In this document: one piece after another, positions 8,503 to 18,560 of the stretch
How positions within the stretch are numbered: position 1 is the first letter of the stretch
How the letters are laid out: every line of letters begins with the position of its first letter
Origin: Candidatus Saganbacteria bacterium
GTDB lineage: Bacteria > Margulisbacteria > WOR-1 > O2-12-FULL-45-9 > XYB2-FULL-48-7
Reading direction: 5' to 3'
Length of the DNA stretch: 43,548 bases
Assembly: GCA_016939335.1 (NCBI GenBank)
Contig: JAFGHC010000028.1
Location: forward strand, 1 to 43,548
Made by a program: the position numbers and the translations under genes
Notes under the pieces: generated by a model
Seen by the model: only the letters and a program-made list of their open reading frames with translations
Database searches by the model: none
What the model was told of the DNA's origin: nothing

Positions 8503-9847
8503 GCCGCGCGGCTTTCTGGAAGTTAAAAGAAAAGAGACCGAATACCGCCCTGTCTGTGAGCGGGTGCAGGACTACGCGGAGGTCGTTCGGCCGCGGCCGG
8601 ACGATGTCTCACGCGCGCAGGCCTCACGCTGCATGGATTGCGGAACACCTTTTTGCCACTGGGGCTGCCCGCTCGGCAATTACATTCCCGAATGGAATGA
8701 TCTGATGTTCAACGGGCAGTGGGGGCGCGCGTTTGCGCTGCTGAACGCGACCAATGAACTGCCGGAAGTGACCGGCCGGATCTGCCCGGCCCCGTGCGAA
8801 TTCGCCTGTGTGCTGGGGATCAATGATGACGCGGTGACCATCCGCGACAACGAACTGGCGATCGTCGAGCAGGCTTTTGAGAATGGTTTGGTCAGGCCGC
8901 AGCCGCCCGCGGTCCGCACCGGCAAGCGGGTGGCGGTGGTCGGTTCCGGGCCGGCGGGGCTGGCCTGTGCCGCGCGGCTGAACAGGTTTGGCCATGCGGT
9001 CACGGTCTTTGAGCGCGACGATAAAGTCGGGGGGCTTATGCGCTACGGCATCCCCGATTTCAAGCTTGAAAAACGCGTGCTTGACCGCCGCCTCGCGCTC
9101 TGGCAGAAAGAGGGGATCGAGTTCAAAACCGGCGTCACCGCCGGAGCTAAAGAGCTCAAGGGTTTTGACGCGGCGGTGCTGGCCGGCGGTTCGCGCGTGC
9201 CGCGCGACCTCAAAATACCGGGCCGGGAACTGGCCGGCGTCCATTTTGCCCTCGATTATTTGGTCCGCGCCAACCGCGGTGAGCGTGAGGAGGCCCGGGG
9301 GAAAAAAGTGGCGGTCATCGGCGGCGGCGACACCGGCGCTGACTGCGTCGGGACGGCGAACCGGCAGGGAGCGGCGTCCGTGGTCCAGATCGAACTGCTC
9401 CCCAGGCCGCCGCAAGCCAGGCCTCCGGACCAACCCTGGCCGAGCTATCCGATGATCCTGAAAACCTCGACCAGCCACGGGGAAGGGTGCGAACGGCTCT
9501 GGTCGGTTTCCACGAAGGAAGTCAAAAGTCAAAAGTCAAAAGTCAAAAGTTTAGCCTGCGTTAAGGTTGACAATAAGTTGAAGGAAATCCCTGGAACGGA
9601 ATTCGAGATCGAAGCGGACCTGGTGGTCCTGGCGCTCGGTTTCCTGCGTCCCGAACCGGTCAGCGGGCTGGCGCTGGAACTCGACCAGCGCGGCAACGTC
9701 AAGACCGGCGGGAATTATCAAACTTCGCTCCCGGGGATCTTTGCGGCCGGCGACATGCGGCGCGGTCAGTCGCTGGTGGTCTGGGCGGTCCATGAGGGGA
9801 GGGAGGCGGCCGGGGCGGTCGAGCGGTACCTGAAGGAGGAACAATGA
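8495..9847 (+). CDS. gltD: Glutamate synthase small subunit
   Basis: RCMDCGTPFC, GRICPAPCE, GSGPAG, GGGDTGADC, GDMRRGQSLVVWA; overlaps gltB stop. Confidence 0.96.
   Translation: MGKPRGFLEVKRKETEYRPVCERVQDYAEVVRPRPDDVSRAQASRCMDCGTPFCHWGCPLGNYIPEWNDLMFNGQWGRAFALLNATNELPEVTGRICPAPCEFACVLGINDDAVTIRDNELAIVEQAFENGLVRPQPPAVRTGKRVAVVGSGPAGLACAARLNRFGHAVTVFERDDKVGGLMRYGIPDFKLEKRVLDRRLALWQKEGIEFKTGVTAGAKELKGFDAAVLAGGSRVPRDLKIPGRELAGVHFALDYLVRANRGEREEARGKKVAVIGGGDTGADCVGTANRQGAASVVQIELLPRPPQARPPDQPWPSYPMILKTSTSHGEGCERLWSVSTKEVKSQKSKVKSLACVKVDNKLKEIPGTEFEIEADLVVLALGFLRPEPVSGLALELDQRGNVKTGGNYQTSLPGIFAAGDMRRGQSLVVWAVHEGREAAGAVERYLKEEQ
9519..9550. repeat. (AAGTCAA)4 heptamer tract in frame in gltD
   Basis: Four perfect units 9519-9546; encodes VKSQKSKVKS. 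Confidence 0.9.
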
Positions 9848-10912
9848 AAGCAATCCTGGCCCTGGAGGACGGCACGATATTCGAGGGGAGATCGTTCGGC
9901 GCCGCGGGGGAGAAGACCGGCGAGGTCGTGTTCAATACCTCCATGACCGGTTATCAGGAGGTCCTGACCGATCCTTCGTATGCGGGGCAGATCGTGGCCA
10001 TGACCTACCCGTTGATCGGCAACTACGGGATCAACCCGGATGATTTTGAGTCGGCAAAGCCCCACCTTTCCGGCTTTGCCGTCCGCGAAGCCAGCCGGAC
10101 CGTCAGCAACTGGCGGGCCGGGATGAGCCTGGGTGATTTTCTCAAAAAACAGAGGATCATCGGCATTGAAGGGATCGATACGCGGGCCTTGGCCCTGCAC
10201 ATCCGTTCCGCCGGGGCGATGAAAGGGATAATCTCGACTAAAGACCTTGATAAAGAAAGTTTGATAAAAAAAGCCAAAGCTTCCCCGGGCCTGGTCGGGC
10301 GCGACCTGGTCAAAAAAGTCACCTGCCAAAAAACTTATGAGTGGAACCGGCAGGGGAAGTACAGGGTCGTCCTGCTTGACTGCGGAGCCAAATACAATAT
10401 CATGCGCGAGCTGGCGGCCAGGGACTGCCGGGTTTGGGTTGTCCCCGCCCGGACCACGGCGAAAGAGATACTGGCCCTGAAACCTGACGGCGTGGTGCTC
10501 TCCAACGGGCCGGGAGACCCGGCGGCGGTAACTTACGTGGTGGAGACGGTCCGGCAGCTCATCGGCAAAGTGCCGCTGTTCGGTATTTGCCTGGGCCATC
10601 AGATGCTGGGGCTGGCGCTGGGCGGCGAAACGTTCAAATTGAAGTTCGGCCACCGCGGCGCCAACCATCCGGTCATGGACCTGCGCACCCGCAAAGTCGA
10701 GATCACCACCCAGAACCACGGCTTTTGCGTCGAGCTGGGCGCTCTCGACCAGCAGCAGGTCGAATTGACCCATCTTAACTTGAACGACGGGACGCTGGAG
10801 GGATTGCGGCACAAAAAATATCCGGCGTTTTCCGTTCAGTACCATCCCGAAGCGTCCGCCGGGCCGCATGACAGCAAATACCTGTTCGCCGAATTCATCA
10901 GGGAGATGGCCA

Positions 10913-10929
<17 letters not shown>
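9844..10929 (+). CDS. carA: Carbamoyl-phosphate synthase small (glutaminase) subunit
   Basis: [33 protein letters not shown]. Confidence 0.97.
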
Positions 10930-12547
<1,618 letters not shown>

Positions 12548-12558
12548 TTTTGGCTTTC

Positions 12559-12567
12559 TGTTATAAT
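12559..12567 (+). promoter_or_regulatory. Extended -10 promoter of nfnA-like gene
   Basis: TGTTATAAT, 11 nt before ATG 12579, no SD. Confidence 0.6.
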
Positions 12568-12578
12568 GATTTTACGCA

Positions 12579-13430
12579 ATGAACAAAATATTGCATAAAG
12601 AAAAGCTTAATGACAGCGTCTCCCGGATCACGGTCGAGGCGCCGCACATCGCCCGGGCCGCCAAGCCGGGCCAGTTCGTCGTCATCATTCCCAGAGAGAA
12701 CGCCGAGCGGATCCCGCTCACCATTGCCGGCACCGATGCCGATAACGGGACGGTCGCGATCATCTTCCAGATCGTCGGCGCGACGACCAAGATCCTCGAT
12801 TCGCTCAAAGAGGGAGAAGAAGTCGCTCATCTTCTGGGCCCGCTCGGGACGCCGTCGCACATCGAGAAGTTCGGCACGGTGGCAGTGATTGGCGGCGGCG
12901 TGGGGATCGCCGAGATCTATCCGGCGGTGAAAGCGCTGAAAGCGGTTGGCAATGAAGTGATTACGATTATCGGCGCGAGGAACAAGGACCTTTTAATATA
13001 TGAGACGGAACTCAGGGCGCAAAGCACGGAACTCAGGGTGACGACCGATGACGGCTCGGCCGGCCGTAAAGGTTTTGTCTCTGATGAATTAAAAGATTTG
13101 ATAGCTTCAGGCAAGAAGATCGATCTGGTGGTAGCTGTCGGCCCGGTGCCGATGATGAGGGTTTGCTGCGACATTACCAGGGAGCACAGGATCAAGACGG
13201 TCGTTTCCCTCAACCCGCTGATGCTTGACGCCACCGGCATGTGCGGCATCTGCCGCGTCACCGTGGCCGGCCAGACGAAATTCGCCTGCGTCGACGGCCC
13301 GGAATTCGACGGGCACCAGGTCGATTTTGCCGAACTGACGGCGCGGCTCGGCTCCTACAAGGACGTTGAAAAAAAAGCTTACGATCATGTGTGCAGGCTT
13401 CTGGGGAGTCGGGGGCAGGGAGCAGCGTGA
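12579..13430 (+). CDS. NfnA/SudB-like FAD/NAD-binding 2Fe-2S subunit
   Basis: PGQFV, ERIPLTI, GGGVG, TDDGS, DATGMCGICRV, CVDGPEFDGH. Confidence 0.9.
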   Translation: MNKILHKEKLNDSVSRITVEAPHIARAAKPGQFVVIIPRENAERIPLTIAGTDADNGTVAIIFQIVGATTKILDSLKEGEEVAHLLGPLGTPSHIEKFGTVAVIGGGVGIAEIYPAVKALKAVGNEVITIIGARNKDLLIYETELRAQSTELRVTTDDGSAGRKGFVSDELKDLIASGKKIDLVVAVGPVPMMRVCCDITREHRIKTVVSLNPLMLDATGMCGICRVTVAGQTKFACVDGPEFDGHQVDFAELTARLGSYKDVEKKAYDHVCRLLGSRGQGAA

Positions 13431-14857
13431 TGGCGGAGAAAAAGCAGCGTTTACACATGAAAGAGCGGTCGGTCGCGGAGCGGACCCGCGATTTTCAGGA
13501 AGTGCCGCTCGGTTACACGCCGGAAGAGGCGATAGCAGAAGCCAAGCGCTGTATCAATTGCCAGAACCCGCTCTGTGTCAAAGGCTGCCCGGTCGAGGTC
13601 AAGATCCCCGAGTTCATTGAACTTGTCGCCGAAGGCAAGTTTGACGAAGCGGCCAAAAAGATCAAGGAGACGAACGCCCTGCCGGCGATTTGCGGCCGCG
13701 TTTGCCCGCAGGAAGAGCAATGCGAGCTGAAGTGCATTCTCGGCGTCAAAGGCGAGCCGGTGGCCGTCGGTACGCTCGAGAGATTTGTGGCGGACTGGGA
13801 GAGGGAACACATTCAACTTCAAACATCCAACATCCAACTTCCAAACAATAAACAAATACCAAATAGTAGATCACAAAAGATCGCGGTGGTGGGGTCGGGG
13901 CCGGCGGGGCTGACGTGCGCCGGCGACCTGGCGCGGCTCGGCTATCAGGTCACGATCTTTGAGTCGCTGCACGTCACCGGCGGCGTTTTAACGTACGGTA
14001 TCCCGGAGTTCCGCCTGCCGAAAAAGATCGTCGAGCTGGAAGTCGAATACGTCAAATCGCTCGGCGCCGCGGTCAGGACCGATATGCTGATCGGCAACGT
14101 CTACACGGTCGCAGAGCTGTTGAAAGAATATCAGGCGGTCTTTATCGGTTCCGGCGCCGGTCTGCCGAAGTTCATGGGGATACCGGGCGAGAACCTCGAC
14201 GGCGTCTATTCCGCCAATGAGTATCTTTTCCGCGTCAACATGATGAAGGCCTGGAAGTTCCCGGACAGCTTAACGCCGGTCAAGATCGGCAAAAAAGTCG
14301 CCGTTGTCGGCGGCGGCAACGTGGCGATGGACTCGGCCCGCGTTTCTTTGCGCCTGGGCGCCGAAGCAGTGACCATCCTTTACCGCCGGACGCAGGAGGA
14401 GATGCCGGCCCGCGCCGAAGAGATCAAGCGGGCGGTGGAGGAGGGCGTCGTCTTCAAGCTCCTGACCTTGCCGGTCGAATACCATGCCAATAGAGAAGGG
14501 TGGGTGGCCGAAGCGGAATGCCGGCGGATGAAACTGGGCGAACCCGACGCTTCGGGCCGGCGCCGCCCGGTCGAGGTCCCCAATTCTGCCTTCCGCCTGC
14601 CGGTCGATACGGTCATCGTCGCGATCGGCAATTCGCCCAACCCGCTCATCCCGCTCCGCACCCCGCAGCTCAAGACCGAAAAATGGGGCGGGGTGATCGT
14701 CACACCGGAAGGCCTGACCTCGCTGCCGGGCGTTTACGCCGGCGGCGACATCGCGCGCGGCGCGGCCACGGTCATCTCGGCGATGGGCGACGGCAAACGG
14801 GCCGCTAGAGCGATTGACAACCTTTTGCGCAAATCACAAATTACAAACCACAAATAA
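13430..14857 (+). CDS. NfnB/SudA-like (GltD-family) NADPH oxidoreductase large subunit
   Basis: RCINCQNPLCVKGCP, GRVCPQEEQCE, GSGPAG, GGGNVAMD, YRR, GAATVISAMGDG; TGATG coupling to nfnA-like gene. Confidence 0.9.
   Translation: MAEKKQRLHMKERSVAERTRDFQEVPLGYTPEEAIAEAKRCINCQNPLCVKGCPVEVKIPEFIELVAEGKFDEAAKKIKETNALPAICGRVCPQEEQCELKCILGVKGEPVAVGTLERFVADWEREHIQLQTSNIQLPNNKQIPNSRSQKIAVVGSGPAGLTCAGDLARLGYQVTIFESLHVTGGVLTYGIPEFRLPKKIVELEVEYVKSLGAAVRTDMLIGNVYTVAELLKEYQAVFIGSGAGLPKFMGIPGENLDGVYSANEYLFRVNMMKAWKFPDSLTPVKIGKKVAVVGGGNVAMDSARVSLRLGAEAVTILYRRTQEEMPARAEEIKRAVEEGVVFKLLTLPVEYHANREGWVAEAECRRMKLGEPDASGRRRPVEVPNSAFRLPVDTVIVAIGNSPNPLIPLRTPQLKTEKWGGVIVTPEGLTSLPGVYAGGDIARGAATVISAMGDGKRAARAIDNLLRKSQITNHK
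13811..13876. repeat. Degenerate heptamer tract in frame in nfnB-like gene
   Basis: CAACTTC-AAACATC-CAACATC-CAACTTC-CAAACAAT...; AT-rich, encodes IQLQTSNIQLPNNKQIPNSRSQ. Confidence 0.75.
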
Positions 14858-14971
14858 CAAACAATATTCAAATTACAAGCCTCAATCATCAAAACTGGCC
14901 ACGCTTTTTAAGTCATTGTAATTTGGTAAATTGTAATTTTTTTGTTATTTGATGCTTGCGATTTGTTATTT
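14831..14971. repeat. Heptamer-period inverted-repeat hairpin (AAATCAC/AAATAAC family)
   Basis: Left arm AAATCAC AAATTAC AAACCAC AAATAAC..., right arm ...GTTATTT GATGCTT GCGATTT GTTATTT; supplies the nfnB stop; related copy at 43400-43538. Confidence 0.85.
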
Positions 14972-15002
14972 ATTGCGTCTTTCCTTTCAGCCCCCCAGAG
15001 TG

Positions 15003-15008
15003 TATAAT
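15003..15008 (+). promoter_or_regulatory. -10 box of nadE (leaderless spacing)
   Basis: TATAAT 7 nt before ATG 15016, no SD. Confidence 0.6.
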
Positions 15009-15015
15009 TTTGCCC

Positions 15016-16608
15016 ATGAAAATCGGCTTGGGCCAGATCAATCCGACCGTCGGTGATCTGGCGGGCAACAGCGCCAGAATAATTGACCTGATCGATGAAG
15101 CGCGGCACGAAAAAGCCGATCTGGTCGTCTTCCCCGAGCTATGCCTCACCGGTTATCCCCCCGAAGACCTGCTGCTCAAACCCAAGTTTATCGCTGACAA
15201 CCAGTCTGCTCTGGAGCAGGTTGCCCGGGCGGCGCGCGGCCTGGCCGTTTTTCTCGGCTTTGTCCATCAGGATAAAGGCGCCCTGTACAACGCCGCGGCT
15301 TTTATCGATGACGGCGTGATCAAAGAGATTTATCACAAAATGCACCTGCCCAACTACGGGGTTTTCGACGAAAAACGCTATTTCCGGGAAGGGAATAAAA
15401 GCTCGGTCGTCGATTGCCGCGGCCAGAAGATCGGCCTCGGCATTTGCGAGGACATCTGGGCGGAGAAAGGCCCTTACGAAGAAGAGGTCGGGCTGGGAGC
15501 CGATGTTATTTTGAACATTAACGCTTCCCCTTATCATCTCGGCAAGGTCCGGGAGCGGGAAGCGCTGCTCAAACAGCGGGCGGAAAAATACCAGGCAGCT
15601 TTCGTTTATGTCAATCTGGTCGGCGGGCAGGACGAGCTGGTCTTTGACGGCGGCAGCATGGTCTGCGACCCGCGCGGCCGGCTGATCGCCGCCTGCGACC
15701 AGTTCCGGGAGGAACTGCTCTTTGTCGACCTGGAGCGCGACCGCTTGGAGAACTGGCGCTGGCTGGAGGCGGAAGAGGAAATTTACCGGGCGCTCCTCAC
15801 CGGCCTGCGCGATTACGTGCTGAAGAACGGCTTTGGCCAGGTCCTGCTCGGCCTTTCCGGCGGGATCGACTCGGCGCTGACGCTGGCGCTGGCCGCCGAG
15901 GCGCTGGGCAAGGAGCGGGTGCACGCCGTCTTTATGCCGTCGCAGTACACCGCGGAACAAAGTTACCGGGACGCCAGGGCCGTTGCCGCGAACCTGGGCG
16001 TGGAACTGGCGGAGATACCGATCAAGGAGGTTTTTGCCGGTTACCTCAACGTCCTGCAGCCGAATTTTATGGGCCGTCCGGCCGATCTGACCGAAGAAAA
16101 CCTGCAAGCCCGCATCCGCGGCAACTATCTGATGGCCCTGTCCAACAAGTTCGGCTGGCTGGTGCTGGCCACCGGCAACAAATCGGAGATGTCGACCGGC
16201 TACTGCACGCTTTACGGCGACATGGCCGGCGGCTTTGCCGTTCTCAAAGATGTGCCGAAGACCCTGGTCTACCAACTGGCCAACTGGCTCAATAAAAAGC
16301 GGCCGGTCATCCCCGAAGCGATCATCAAGCGGGCGCCGACCGCCGAGCTCAAGCCGGGCCAGACCGACCAGGACGTTCTTCCCCCTTACGAAGTGCTTGA
16401 CCCGATCATGCAGGCTTACGTTGAGGAAAACAAGAGCGCGGCGGAGATCGCGGCCCTCGGTTTTGACGCGCCGACCGTGGCGCGGGTCGTGGCGCTGATC
16501 GACCGCTCGGAGTACAAGCGGCGCCAGGCGCCGCCCGGCCCGCGCCTCACGCCGCGGGCGTTCGGCAAGGACTGGCGGCTGCCGATCACCAATCATTATA
16601 AGGAATAA
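15016..16608 (+). CDS. nadE: Glutamine-dependent NAD+ synthetase
   Basis: Nitrilase domain (FPEL, K-HLPNYGVFDE, ICED) plus LSGGIDS, ENLQARIRG, TGNKSE, EYKRRQAP. Confidence 0.95.
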   Translation: MKIGLGQINPTVGDLAGNSARIIDLIDEARHEKADLVVFPELCLTGYPPEDLLLKPKFIADNQSALEQVARAARGLAVFLGFVHQDKGALYNAAAFIDDGVIKEIYHKMHLPNYGVFDEKRYFREGNKSSVVDCRGQKIGLGICEDIWAEKGPYEEEVGLGADVILNINASPYHLGKVREREALLKQRAEKYQAAFVYVNLVGGQDELVFDGGSMVCDPRGRLIAACDQFREELLFVDLERDRLENWRWLEAEEEIYRALLTGLRDYVLKNGFGQVLLGLSGGIDSALTLALAAEALGKERVHAVFMPSQYTAEQSYRDARAVAANLGVELAEIPIKEVFAGYLNVLQPNFMGRPADLTEENLQARIRGNYLMALSNKFGWLVLATGNKSEMSTGYCTLYGDMAGGFAVLKDVPKTLVYQLANWLNKKRPVIPEAIIKRAPTAELKPGQTDQDVLPPYEVLDPIMQAYVEENKSAAEIAALGFDAPTVARVVALIDRSEYKRRQAPPGPRLTPRAFGKDWRLPITNHYKE

Positions 16609-16621
16609 GGGGCAAGATTAA

Positions 16622-18532
16622 GTGGACGAGCAGCGGGAAAAAATCGCTCTGTACTTGAAACTGAAGGGGCTGGCGCTGTTCGCCATTTTCGCGATCAACG
16701 CCGCGGAGTTCATGTACGGGGCGATCGGCGCGGTCGCTTATTTTTCCGGCCTGCTCGCTCTGGCCGCGGCCGGTTGCGGCGGGGCGCTCCTCTGGTCAAC
16801 GCTGGGGCGCGGCTGGGTTGCGGCGCCCATGGTCCATGCTTCGCTGGTGACCGACCTGCTGGCGATCCTGGCCGGCCTTTATTTCAACGGCGGGCCGCAG
16901 ACCACCTGGGGCTTCCTGCCGGTGGTAGTGATCCTGATCGCCGGTTACCTGTTCGACCTCCGCGTGGCCTTACTCTACGGTGTGAGCTCCTTTGTTGCCC
17001 TGTGTTCGTTCTTTGTTATGGAGGGGCTGAATTTCCTGCCGCATCAGTTTTCTTATCCCGTCCCCTACGAGTACTGGCGCAGCTTTAATTACCAGTCCGA
17101 TTATCTTTTGGGGGTCGGCCTCCTGTTCGCGGTCTCGGCGGTCGTCAGCAGTTATTTTGGCCGGACGCTGCGCCGCTCGAACGAGCATCTCAAGGAGGTC
17201 CTGGCGGTGACGGAGTCGGCGCGCGTCGCCGCGGAAGCGTCGCGCAAGTCGATGATGAACGTCATGGCCGAGCTGGCCAACGCCCGCTTGGAACTGGAAC
17301 AGCGGGTGCGTGAACGCACCAGGGAGCTGGAGGACATCAGGGATAATCTGGAGAAAAACGTCGAGGAGCGGACGCGCGACCTGGAAGCCGCGCGCCGGGC
17401 CACGCTGCACATGCTCAAAGACCTGAAAGAGGACATGGGCAAGCTGGAAGTGGTCGACCGGATGAAAACGGAGTTCCTGGCGATGGTCAGCCATGAACTG
17501 CGCACGCCGCTGACGCCGATCAAGGGCTATCTCTCGCTGATGCTGTCGAGCAAGATGGGGGAGCTTTCGCAGCAGCAAAGGGACGCGCTCACGGTCCTCG
17601 CGCGCCAGAGCGACCATCTTCAGAACCTGGTCGAGAGCCTGCTCGATATTTCGCGCCTTGAACTGGGCAAACCGATCCCGATCGTCAGGGTGCCGCTTGG
17701 CGTCCGCCAGGTGATGGACGAGGTGCTGGGAGCGGTGCGGATCATGGCCGAAAGCCGCGGGCTGAACATCACCCTGGAGCTGGCCGGCAATCTCCCGACC
17801 ATCGTCGCCGACGAGATCAAGCTGAAGCGGGTGATCGCCAACCTGGTCGGCAATTCCGTAAAATTCACCCCCAAGGGGGGCGAGGTCAAGGTGAGCGCTT
17901 TCCCGGACGGGGCGAACGTGCGGATCGAGGTGAGCGACAACGGCATCGGCATCCCGCAGGACCTGCTGAAAAAAGTTTTCGAGAAGTTTTTCCAGATCGA
18001 CAGCGCTTATACGCGGGCGGCCGGCGGCATCGGCATGGGGCTGGCGATCGCCCGGGAGCTGGTCGAACTGCACGGCGGCAAGATCTGGGCGGAATCGGCC
18101 GGGCCGGGCAAAGGGGCCAAATTTGTAGTATTATTACCAATTGGAGGGGGTAACTGGCTAATGGCGAAAAAGATCCTGATTATCGAAGATTACCCGGCCA
18201 CGTCGAAAATGATCGCCGACCTGATGCGGATGGAAGGGTTTGAGCCGCTGGTCGCGGGCGACGGGATCTCCGGGTTCAACAAGGCGATCGTCGAGCGTCC
18301 CGACCTGGTCCTGCTCGATGTCATGCTGCCGGAGATGAACGGCTTCGAGGTTTGCGAGAAACTGAAAAAAAATCCCGTTACCGCCGCGATACCGGTGGTG
18401 ATCGTTTCGGTGCGCGCGACCGACAGCAACATCAGGGAAGGGACGGCGCTGGGGGCCGACGCCTACATCCCCAAGCCGTTCGATCCCTTCAAGCTGGTGG
18501 AACTGGTCAAGCAGCTGGTGGGGGAAAAATAG
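16622..18532 (+). CDS. Membrane sensor histidine kinase with in-frame C-terminal receiver domain
   Basis: About 6 TM segments, coiled coil, VSHELRTPL H-box, N/G1/F/G2 boxes, then MAKKILIIED..LLDVMLP..KPF receiver from ATG 18161. Confidence 0.9.
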   Translation: MDEQREKIALYLKLKGLALFAIFAINAAEFMYGAIGAVAYFSGLLALAAAGCGGALLWSTLGRGWVAAPMVHASLVTDLLAILAGLYFNGGPQTTWGFLPVVVILIAGYLFDLRVALLYGVSSFVALCSFFVMEGLNFLPHQFSYPVPYEYWRSFNYQSDYLLGVGLLFAVSAVVSSYFGRTLRRSNEHLKEVLAVTESARVAAEASRKSMMNVMAELANARLELEQRVRERTRELEDIRDNLEKNVEERTRDLEAARRATLHMLKDLKEDMGKLEVVDRMKTEFLAMVSHELRTPLTPIKGYLSLMLSSKMGELSQQQRDALTVLARQSDHLQNLVESLLDISRLELGKPIPIVRVPLGVRQVMDEVLGAVRIMAESRGLNITLELAGNLPTIVADEIKLKRVIANLVGNSVKFTPKGGEVKVSAFPDGANVRIEVSDNGIGIPQDLLKKVFEKFFQIDSAYTRAAGGIGMGLAIARELVELHGGKIWAESAGPGKGAKFVVLLPIGGGNWLMAKKILIIEDYPATSKMIADLMRMEGFEPLVAGDGISGFNKAIVERPDLVLLDVMLPEMNGFEVCEKLKKNPVTAAIPVVIVSVRATDSNIREGTALGADAYIPKPFDPFKLVELVKQLVGEK

Positions 18533-18560
18533 AGCCGGAGAGCTCGGAAAGGGTGCGGTC

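Noticed and set aside
13430..14857. Second gltD
   Set aside because: Coupled to an NfnA/SudB-like gene and carries GGGNVAMD/YRR features of NfnB/SudA; the true gltD is adjacent to gltB.
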